From Intoshia linei (taxonomy: Eukaryota; Animalia; Orthonectida): a DNA stretch of 35,336 bases. The position numbers were made by a program, and so were the translations under genes. Below the pieces are notes generated by a model. It worked only from the letters and a program-made list of their open reading frames with translations. It had not been told where the DNA came from and did no database searches. Shown in pieces: positions 1-10,758 of the stretch. The stretch's first letter is position 1, and each line of letters starts with the position of its first letter. The stretch spans positions 1-35,336 of the forward strand of contig LWCA01000268.1 of NCBI GenBank assembly GCA_001642005.1, given 5' to 3'.

Positions 1-53
1 TGTTCTTCCGTGGCCACCATGCTCACCGGATCTAAACCCAATAGAAAATATAT
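1..53 (+). mobile_element. Tc1/mariner transposase fragment (WPPCSPDLNPIEN motif), truncated by window edge
   Basis: Bases 1-53 are identical to 25421-25473, which encode VLPWPPCSPDLNPIENI, the SPDLNPIE catalytic-E motif of Tc1-family transposases. Confidence 0.85.
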
Positions 54-1083
54 TTTAATGAAATTGCTTATTCCTCTACATTGTAGAATCTACAAAAATT
101 AAAAATTTTATATATGATCATTTTTATATCGAAAAATGATATCTGGCTGATTTTTTCTATCTTTGTTAAGTTTAGATTTCTGTAAGGGGATGTGTATAAT
201 ATGTACTACGTGAATTTGATTAGCATCAATTTTTTAATTTGTAAAAAATTTAATATAACATTTAGGTCAGATTTTGTTTCAAAATTTTGATGGTCTAATG
301 GATTTTAATGGTTTTTTTCAATTTATTGTCCGAGTTTTTACTAGCAAGTCATTGTTAGTAATATTTATATTAACATATGTAATGTAAATAGATAAAAGAT
401 GGCATAATTAAGCTATAGTTATCTTTAATAAGGATTCTTTACTTTTACAAAGTCATTTAGCTTTAAACGTCTATCTATCTGTTGGTCTCTTTGTTAACAT
501 TTATCCAAGAACGTTAAGGCTTAGAGTTTTAAAAATACCAATTTTTAATTCAGTTTTTCGTATATCGCATTTATCGCAAATTTCAATTTCAAAACTTGAG
601 TCCTTCAGGGTCAAAAACCCAAATTATCCCTTTTTGTTACAAATCAAACGAGTCCTAGAACTTAAAAAAATAAAAACTATGATACAGATTTTGAAATATT
701 GAACATTTTAAAAAACCCTAAATTATCTATTTTATGAAAAAATTAAAATGAAAAAAATATATATTTTTCACTTTACTACACAAAAAATTTTATTTGAATT
801 TTGATCTAAATTTCAAAATAGATAAAAAATCATATATTATGTTATATAACCTCAGAACTAGTGTGTTCAACTTAGTTTTTTGGAAACTCAGTAATTACTA
901 AGTACTTAAATAAAAAAAACAAAATTATTTTTACAAAATAAAAACTCAGTAAAAAAAAATTAACTATAATGATTATATATATCAAACTATAAAAATTACT
1001 TTCTCAATTTCAAAAATTTTATTGTTTTTGGACCATCCTAATATACACTAAAGGATTATATACTGATATTCTTTTATTTTTAG

Positions 1084-4000
1084 ATGCTATTTGTCAAATT
1101 TTATTTAAGATTAAATTATCAAGAAGAAAGTTATTTCAACGTTGGAAATTTACATAATACTGAAAATATTATTTTCAGTTTATTAGATTTAGGTAAAAAT
1201 TTAATGAAAAAATTAATAGTACAATTAAATGTAACTCCATAATTGAATGTAGATAAATCTGAAACTGAGAGCATAATTGGTGATATAATTATTCTCTGTA
1301 AAAGTTCAAAATGCACTCTCCGAGCACTATGGATTGCAATGACAATTAGTAAATACATTACACTAAATCCGGACATTACAGAGGTTATATATTTTTAATT
1401 GAATTTGTAAATTTTAAAATTAGAATTTTGAGACAAATGATGTTATTGAAGAATTTGTCGAGGAGTATGACTCTTATGATTCTGATGAACCCATTTTGGT
1501 GCATATTTTGGAAGAAAAATTGTTTTTCGTGTTAACTCAATTATTTTATACAAACTACATATTTTTTATACAACAAATATTGTTACTACTGAATTTAAAG
1601 CCTTCGATCCCATTTTCTTATTTTTCTATTGACGATGTTTTGTTGAATTTTGGTTTTCAATTTAATTGATTATTTATAAAATAATTTTAGAAATATTTTA
1701 CAGAAATTTAGGGGATATATGCATGAAATTGAAAATTATTTTTGAATTGAATATTTCAGATTTGGAACAATTTAGTTATAATTGTTTCAATTGTGCCTTG
1801 ATTAAAGCTTGTAAAGGTGATCAATATTCAATAGATGAAAAAATTTTGAATACGTTTAATACTGTGGATAATTTTAACAATTTTTATAATTTGTTGAGTC
1901 AATTTCAAGGTTTTTTTCTTTTACGAGCTTTAAATGTTTTAGATAAACTTATCAATAAATATCCAATCAGTATCTCTGTTGTTAATTTATGGACCTTGTT
2001 TTCTTATTTAAATGTTTGGAAGAATAACGATTATATCATTCTACCGGTATGTTAATCAATGTATGTAAGAAAAAATTGAACAGTACCAATGTTTTGAATT
2101 TATTTTAAAATGTTAAAATTGTATCCATTTTTAAAATTTTGAGTAAACTTGATTTGCAAAAAACTTTTAGGGATTAATTAATGACTATTATTAATTCTTA
2201 ACCATTATATGGGTGTTTTTTAATATGGCTTATCTGGTATATTATTGTTTAGTTACTCTTGGTGTAATTTTTGTGGGAAATGTGAATATCAATATTTTTC
2301 GAATATTGTTCTTACCGTTTATCTTTATTTTAGTCATTTTTAGACATTTATGAATGAAATCAATGTTATTTTTTACAATTTAAGCGACCATGAACAATTT
2401 GGTATTCTTTTTTTATTTTATATATTTGTATTAATATTCGTAATTTAGTTGTTGAAAATGTTATGTGGATTGAATATTTTTGTCATTTTTTGAGGTCTAC
2501 TTCGGTATCTCATTCTGCCGAAAGCTTGAATTTTATTCTTCACTATGCCAATATGGTAATTTGTATATTCTTTTTCAATATTATAATATTTATAATAATT
2601 GTCGTATACCAATGACGGAACATCCCCAAAAGCGGTACGATAATTTAAAGTTCAGTTCAAATAGATTTAATTTATATTATCGACCAAGCATGGTTACAAC
2701 CTTTCGAGCTGCCATATTTAAATGAAAAATTATTTATATCACTACGAATGCATATGTAGTGCAGTCAGAATAAGATGATGACATTGTAACTAGAGTTGTT
2801 TCTAATCAAATTAAAAAAATTGACAAAACATAGACATAGACAAAATACCGGTCAAAAACTCCAATTATCCTTTTTTGAAATATCAAACGATTTTTAGAAT
2901 TTAAAAAAAATATACACTTTGACAGATTTTAAAACCATGAACTAATCATACATTTTCATTTCAAAAAGGTATAATAGCAAAATAAAATACTTTCAGGACC
3001 AAAACCATAAATAACTATTTTTTTAAAAAATTAAAATACTCCTATAATTTTAAAGAACGTTTTTAGGGTTTTTTTGTACACCATTTTTTGAGTCATTAAT
3101 GAGTATTTTTTAGAATTAATCATCGGATTGTCATTTTTTTTTAAATTACATCTAATCTACTGGGTATGTTTTTGAATTTCTTAAAAAAAATATTTGATGT
3201 GACACCCTAATGTGTATTACACATTGTATTTGTTATAATAGCTTTTTAATTTTTCAAGTTTTCAAATAAAAAATTATCGTATTCTCTATCTTAAAAAATG
3301 ACCTGATTATGGGATTGTTTTAGATAAAAATTACAAGCTAAGTGATGCCAACGAATTTTTTCTTTTCATGATTGATTTACATTTTCCTATGAAAGTTGAA
3401 TTGTTAATTTTCTAAATAACTTGTCTTTAATTTGATGACACTAGTTTCTACATGAAAGTCATATTTTCCAAAAATGTATCTAAATTAACACATTTTTAGA
3501 AAAAGTCCCAAGATTGTATGAATGAAATTGATGATGAAAATGAAAATGATGTAATGAACCAAGAAAATTTAAAAATAAATGTACGAAACATGTTTATCTA
3601 TACAGATGGTTCAATTAATACATGGCAGTCAATTTTAAATTATTCAATTTTTTCTGGCTTTAATATACAACCTACTATTGGAAATATTCTTTTATTAAAT
3701 TACGTTTTTCCTATTCATGACTCCTTCCCCAATCCTACTGAATTTATGAAGACTGTTTTGCAAACGGAGTACAATGTCTATATGCGAAACAACATTAGAG
3801 ATAAAGTAACTTGTTTTTTATATTCATTATTCAAGGTTTATAATTTGAGGTATAGCTACGTGATTCTTCAACTTTTAAAATCTGAAATACAAAGTGAAGT
3901 GAAAAATTGTCATCTTTTTTATAATTCGTCCAATTTTATTTCTCAAGTGTTTGTTTTTGATTTATCGGTATTTTCTATTCTTATATATTTTTATTTTTAT

Positions 4001-4509
4001 TTTTTATGTTAGGAATTGTTTTGGTTACAAGATTATAAAACTTGTCTTGTAAATTTCGCATATCTCGGTAATTTTGAGGATACAAGATTAGAATATTCTC
4101 AGGTATAGCGTTTCTATAGGCTTTAAAGTTTAATGCGTTAATATAAATTTAAATTAATAGTTGAATTTGTAAACGGACTCTTTCATAATAATTGTTTTCG
4201 GATCCGTTTTTTGGACTTTAAACTAATATTAATTTTTTGTAAAAGCAAAATTGTTTACAGTTGGATAAAATATGATTTATTATTATTTATTCAGCTTTTT
4301 AGAAAATTATTCGTATGGTGGAATCCTTTATTTCCAATTTAAATATTGATCAATACAATCAAAACAATTCAGAATTTCAAATTTTTAATTGTATATTTTG
4401 CAATTATTTAAAAAAAATTTTAATTGCTTTACGATTGAGTATCGTGCAAATATTTGAAATTTATGCAAAAAAAATGGCAACTTTCGGTTTTTATGTCTTG
4501 GCAATCAAG
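1084..4509 (+). CDS. Uncharacterised multi-exon protein-coding gene (boundaries and several junctions uncertain)
   Basis: Series of open, splice-bounded exons on +: ~1084-1192, 1253-1383, ~1694-2046 (ORF 1666..2055), 2344-2401, 2449-2554, 3324-3394, 3500-3967 (ORF 3518..4012), 4013-4102, ~4303-4509, mostly separated by short GT..AG introns like those of neighbouring genes. No recognisable domain, and I could not phase every junction. Confidence 0.5.
2599..2675 (+). repeat. Fragment of the MITE family seen at 31401-31738
   Basis: ttgtcgtata-ccaatgacggaacatccccaaaag...aatttaaagttcagttcaaatagatttaattta closely matches 31391-31467 (ttgtcgtata-ttattgatggaacatccccaaaag...aatttaaagttaagttcaaataaatttaattta). 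Confidence 0.7.
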
Positions 4510-4777
4510 GTAATATTATGTTATTTTTTAATAGCATAGTGCTAGTACATTATTATTTTTTAACTGAAAAAATTATCATAATACATAATTGTATTTGACA
4601 TATTGTTAAAATTTTCATTTGATGGAAATGACATGAGTGTTGTCTTTTTACAAAAATATTTGGTATTTTATAATAAAGGGAATAAATATATACTAGTAAT
4701 TTAGAAATGGGTAGTTTAAATTTATATTTTTTGTGATAATTTTCCATGAATAAAATATTTTAGATAAGTCTTCTCTC

Positions 4778-5006
4778 CAGTGGCGAATTTAGGATCTAGA
4801 TCTATTATTAAACTCCGATAAATAATTAATATACATAAATCGTATAAAATGATAACAAGCATAATTCAATTTAAGCAATTTAATTTAATTTAATGTGTCC
4901 CAGAAACTTTTTTTAATTTTACACAATGTTCTACAAATTAAAATATTTTAAGCCACATTTGTCACGCTAGGTGGGCACCCTTTGACCATTCCTAGATCTG
5001 CTACTG
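4778..5006. mobile_element. hAT-type MITE with ~17-bp imperfect TIRs and 8-bp TSD
   Basis: Left end CAGTGGCGAATTTAGGA; right end reverse-complements to CAGTAGCAGATCTAGGA. Flanks cttctctc (4770-4777) and cttctttc (5007-5014) match at 7/8, the TSD length of hAT elements. Confidence 0.8.
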
Positions 5007-5750
5007 CTTCTTTCTAAGAGTTCCGCTCTGACAATTTCAATGTTGTTCTGAAAATGACAATAATAATTTTGATTCTATGCATTTTTAATAAAATTTTTAT
5101 ATAATTTAGGGATTAATGAATTGATGTTTATAATTATCATTTACAGTCAGTATTCTAAATTTTAGGTGTCATTTTAGGTAGTTATTGCAATTTCTCGAGA
5201 ATTCTCGAAAAAAATTAACTCATTCTGTTAATAATACACTTAAAATTTTTAAAAATTGGAAAAAATAAAGTACTTACATATTATTACTGTAACAGTATCA
5301 AAATTGTTAATATTTTTGAAATAATGAAGGATTACAATCTGGTATTAATTGGTTGTTAATCTTAAATGAAACATCTAAAGTAGGAGAAAAATACGATTTA
5401 TTTAACATTTTATATTATTATAACTTACATATATAGGAATAAGTCCAAAATTAAATTATTTTTGAAACTATAAAGATATACATTTAAATATTTTTTATTT
5501 TTAAAACTGGTCCACTCATCAAAATTTGTATATATAAAAATGTTATGTTATGTTAAGAGTAAAAATCTATTAATTAATGTATTTAATTGAAAAGCGATCA
5601 CCTTCCGTCAAAAGAGTCACTTTTGATACATATCACTTTATTTAGAATATTTTATGTTGGCGTGGTTTAATTTCCCACATATACATTCCCATATATTGTA
5701 TTCCCTTAATTTTTATAAAGTTTTTTTTGTATAAAAAAATTAAAATAAGT

Positions 5751-6283
5751 AGTCTAAGTCCTTATTAACGGAATTTTTGTTAACGGAAAAATTTCATATT
5801 AACGGAATCTTTTATTATTTATTTTTTTAACGAATTTGTATGAACCAAAAATTCCGTTAATAAATCGTTCTAGAATCTATTTTTTAGAGAATCATAAATA
5901 TCAACTCATTTTTGTAATAATTAGAAGTCAATTTATTACGTTTTTTATCAAATTTTTAATAGATATTAAATGAGATGGCGTTAATTAGAAATAATTACTA
6001 TCATTGCGAAAATATCATTTTTAACTTTATTTTATATCTGTAAATAATTTAACGTTCATAAAATTTTTCATGGACCCCAAAAAACTAATGTGTACCTGTT
6101 GATAATGTTTTGTGCATATTACTTCGTAATGTATTATTCAAAAACTCATTATAATAAGAAATATGACCATTTAATGGTTTTTATTTAAAAAAATTAAATC
6201 CGTTAACTAGGGTTTTACTATGGGGATAATTACATATTAACGCAATTGAAAATTCTGTAATTCCGTTAATAAAGACTTAGACT
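5751..6283. mobile_element. pogo/Tigger-like MITE with 25-bp TIRs
   Basis: agtctaagtccttattaacggaatt (5751-5775) vs aattccgttaataaagacttagact (6259-6283): 24/25 inverted match. Right end finishes ...ACTG-TA, and there are several internal TTAACGGAA sub-terminal repeats. Confidence 0.8.
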
Positions 6284-7744
6284 GTAATTTTACTTGATGT
6301 TATTATTATATTATACATTATATAATTATGTAAGATGTATAATACATTTTAGGCATTCGAATATACATCAATGAATATAGATATAATTCAATATTTGATT
6401 AAAATTGTTTATGCACGCTATAATTTGGCTTTTTCTCAGCCATGGATTAGATGTAATCAAAAAATAATCATACGTGTACCATTGGACGTTATAAATTATA
6501 TTAAACTAAACGTAATATTTTTATTAATTGCATAAATCACGTGTCGACATCTAGTTGCTCGAATTTTTATTCATTGTACTTACTACAGTGTATGATTTTT
6601 TAAGATTTTTGTTTGTTCTACTTTATTAGTGTTTTCAAACAATGGTAATTGCATTGGTTTGCATAATTTACATAACATTTTTACTTATTATTAATTATTA
6701 ATTTATTTATACATAGTATATTAAAAATACCATATTCGTGTATAATAAAATGTAGCGCTTATCATTGAAAACACTATGTTTATTATTACCCCATTTTACA
6801 ATTATATTACCTTAATGTTAGTTTTTGGTATATTTAATATTAAACAATTAATAATGACAATTGTAAGTTTAAATAATACATACAATGAATTGACTGTTCG
6901 CCAAAATCGAAAATTCAAAATTTGTCCGAATAATAAAACCAAATTTCTATAAACGGTTAATAATTTTAGATTGATCAATAATCATGATCTAAATAAGTGA
7001 TTCTTAATCGATACACCATGAATAGAGTACAGGTGCACCGTAAAGAAATTTGATTATAATTACAATTATTATTATAATAATTGTAACAATGTTTACATTA
7101 AAATATTGTCTCGCCATAAACCAAACGTATATTAATAAAATTTATATTAACTAATTTTTTTTTATAATATGAGTTTTCTTGATACAGTAGACTGAGTAAA
7201 ATATATATTATATACAGTATATAATATAATAATATCGGTAATGTAGAGTATATATATAGATACAGTAGTAAGCTGAGCTAGGTGCTATTTGTACGTACAT
7301 AACATAACAGTTAACCTACAAAATATAATATCAAATAAAACTGAATTTTTATTTTTACTAAATTTTTTAATTATAAAAAAATTCAAAGAATAACCAAATG
7401 GTGATTGGTTATTGACTATCTGATTAATTATTAAAATTAAATTTTAGAACAGTACACCAGTTAGCATTGAAAAGCATTCAATCAAAGAATTAAATGAACT
7501 AATTTCTTTCATCTTAATATATACAAATTTTACGGACCAGAAAACGAGAGAAATTTTAAAAATTTTTAGAGGTGATTGTTGATATTTGTTAATAAATATT
7601 ATAATTTTTACATGGGAATTAATCGTATCATATTTTATGAAACCATGAAACTATATTGAATATTGATAGCGATTAATACATTTAAAGGCAAATTATAGAT
7701 TTTCGACGTGTCGCACATGTTGAGTTGATTTTTTTTATTTCATT

Positions 7745-8972
7745 ATGTCACTCTTTAAAATACAAGGATTTTCTGGAATGAGTCGTTACTCATTGAAAAT
7801 TATTTTGTTGGTGTTTTTGGTTGGTGTTGTAGTTTTGTATACAATGGGGTATTTGAATTATAAAAGAGCTTTGGATAAAATCAGTGCCATTTCAAAACAA
7901 GAAAAAAACGTTGCACGAAATGTAGACATGTTGGATTTGTATAAATTTATAATAACTGTTGCACAAAAAAGTGGTGAAAAGGTTATTGAATCCTTAGAAA
8001 ACCATGATAATGAAAATAGTAAAATGAGTAAATCCAAAACGTTAGAAGGTAAAGATGAATGGATGACTAAAGGTACATTTACTCTTTGTGATTTTATATA
8101 AATGTAGGAGATTTGTATTCTAATGCAGTTATGGTAAATCTTTTCGATCAATATTACCCTGGCTTAAAGGTAGTTTATTTGAAATGTATACATAAATGTG
8201 TAGTATGTGTCAGAAGAAAAAAATACGTACCCGTTAAAGAAAAACAATTTATTCGTACAAAATTGGCTTGGTGGTGATTATGATAGAAGATATGTTAATC
8301 GGTCAGATATTTTGATTTGGCTCGACCCTCTCGATGCAACCCAGGAATATACAGAGAATTTAACAAAATATGTATCGACCATGATTTGCGTAGCTGTAAA
8401 AGGAGTACCATTGATGGGTGTGGTACATTTTCCATTTCAACAAAAGACTTGTATTTACACGTTTATTTATATTAACCTGATTTAGATAGTGCTTACTACA
8501 ACAAATTTGATATTGACGGATATCTTCAAATCCCTCCAATTAAGAAGGACGCATGGGTCCCAAAAAATGTTACAAAAATAATTATATCGCGATCGCATTC
8601 TGGGGAAATGGAAGAAACCTTACTTAGTCTCTTCAATAAAGATAAAATTGAAATTATTAAAGCTGGTGGTGCCGGTAATCATGTAATTTAGACATAAAAA
8701 TGTACATAAACAGGTTACAAAATAATTCAACTGACTGAAAGAAATGCAGATGAATATGTTCACTCCACTAATATTAAAAAATGGGACGTTTGTGGTAATG
8801 GCTATACAATTTATCTATAAAGTACCGTTTAGCTGGAGACGCTATTATGAGAGCTGCAGGGGGTCGTGTACTACAACGAAATGGTAAATTAATCAATTAT
8901 GCCGATGACAACAAACAAATTATTGAAAAAGGACTCAATGCTGCTTTGTATAAAAATTTCATTTTAATATAG
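7745..8972 (+). CDS. IMPAD1: Golgi 3'(2'),5'-bisphosphate nucleotidase / inositol monophosphatase 3 (IMPAD1/BPNT2), 6 exons
   Basis: Exons 7745-8072, 8108-8169, 8204-8450, 8486-8674, 8714-8794, 8833-8972. N-terminal TM anchor, and motifs [50 protein letters not shown] typical of IMPAD1. Confidence 0.93.
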
Positions 8973-8988
8973 TTAAAATTGTATTTCA

Positions 8989-8994
8989 AATAAA
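8989..8994 (+). promoter_or_regulatory. Putative polyadenylation signal AATAAA of IMPAD1
   Basis: AATAAA 16 nt after the IMPAD1 stop and 16 nt before the PDHB ATG; such hexamers are common by chance in AT-rich DNA. Confidence 0.45.
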
Positions 8995-9010
8995 GTTTTA
9001 TTCCAAAATT

Positions 9011-10691
9011 ATGAGACTATCAAAGGTTATTGTTGTGTAAAATATAACCCTTTTAGACTTTAGGAAAGTTAATAAAGAGATCCATTTCATTTCGCCATTC
9101 ACCTACTGCTCCTCAAAGCACAGCTAATGGGATAAATGAAAATTTTCCTACACATGTATCGACCCAAAAACTAAATTTTAAATTATTGTGTGCATTTGAT
9201 TCATAGATCACCGTTCGAGATGCTCTCAACATGGCCATGGATGAAGAGTTAAAACGCGACAAAGATGTCATTTTACTTGGAGAAGAAGTCGCTTTATATG
9301 ACGGCGCTTACAAAGTTTAAATGTGTACACACTATAATTAATTTTACCAGGTTAGTCGAGGGCTACTGAAGAAACACGGAGAAGATCGAGTGATGGATAC
9401 ACCAATTACGGAAGTATTGTAACTAAATTTTGAAAATTAAACTCATTTAGATGGGATTTGCAGGCGTGGCTACAGGACTTGCACTGGTAATAATTAGATT
9501 AAAATTGTACCATGATCGTATTACCTTTAGGGTGGAATGAGACCCATTTGTGAGTTTATGACGTTTAATTTTGCTATGCAGGCTATAGATCAAATTGTGA
9601 ATTCGGCTGGAAAGCTTTATTACATGTCAAATGGCAAAGTAATTCTTGGCATGTTTTTTAAATTTAAACGTACATCACATTAGTTTAATGTGCCAATTGT
9701 TTTTCGAGGCCCGAATGGAATGGCAAGTGGCGTTGCGGCTCAGCATTCACAATGTTACGCTTCTTGGTATTCTCAAATTCCCGGTTTAAAGGTAATATCA
9801 CCATATTCAGCTGAAGATGCTAAAGGACTTTTAAAAACTGCTATTCGCGATAATGACCCGGGTACTTTTAAAAGGTTCATTCTATTGACTATATTTTAGT
9901 CGTATTTCTTGAAAATGAACTTATTTATGGAACATCATTTGAAGTAAACAAAGAGTTTTTTTCACCCGATATGACCATTCCCTTTGGTAAAGCTAAAATA
10001 GAAAAGGAAGGATCTGATGTCAGCCTTGTTTCCCATTCTCGTCCTGTAGAATTTTGTATTGAAGCTGCTCAAATTTTACTTAGCAAAAATATTAAGGCTG
10101 AGGTAATCAACCTTAGGTCTCTTAGACCTCTCGATACAGAAACTATTTTCAAATCTCTTAAAAAAACTAGACGTTTGGTTACCGTTGAAGGAGGTTGGCA
10201 TCATTGCGGAATTGGATCAGAAATTAGTGCCCTAGTTGCAGAAAGTAATTTATTTATTGGCTATTGCCAATTTAAACAAAGTATTAAAGAGATTTTAACC
10301 AGCTTAGAAATTTTTATAACTTGGACATTACTTATTCCAAATTTGTGTCATTTTGTAGATAATTCGATCGATTTTGGTTATTTTATGCCAGGGGTGCACA
10401 ACCTTTCCACCAATTCAGCCGAAAAGCTATTTTACTAATTGATAATACGGACCGTAGTCTACGGCCGCACAAAATTTACTTTGATATTGGGAAAGTATAA
10501 ATCCTTCAAATTTCAAAATGTTTAATTTGATGAAAAATTATATTTTAGGTGAAGCTTTCTTTTACTTAGACGCACCAATAATAAGAATAGCATCAGCCGA
10601 TGTACCTACACCATACGCTATGAATTTAGAAGAAAATTTTGCGCCAACGTCGAAAGATATTGTAGATGCAGTGTTAAAAATTAAAAATTAA
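9011..10691 (+). CDS. PDHB: Pyruvate dehydrogenase E1 component beta subunit, mitochondrial, 9 exons
   Basis: Exons 9011-9025, 9057-9155, 9207-9314, 9351-9413, 9451-9486, 9531-9638, 9684-9861, 9900-10244, 10549-10691. Basic presequence, then [78 protein letters not shown]. Confidence 0.97.
10389..10470 (+). mobile_element. hAT (Charlie-like) MITE end fragment in last PDHB intron
   Basis: CAGGGGTGCACAACCTTT at 10389 resembles the CAGGGGTCGGCAACC terminus at 11691-11705 (reverse strand); no partner TIR seen. Confidence 0.5.
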
Positions 10692-10758
10692 TTATAAAAG
10701 TATTTCAACATTGTATTAACAAACAACGTAATGACTTGGAGTAGTGTAAAAAAATATC

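Noticed and set aside
5192-5209. TTCtcGAGaaTTCtcGAA, heat-shock-element-like
   Set aside because: No identified gene start nearby; could equally be a TE sub-terminal palindrome.
10245-10438. C-terminal part of ORF 9971..10438 as PDHB coding sequence
   Set aside because: Read-through into an intron; the conserved C-terminus resumes at 10549.
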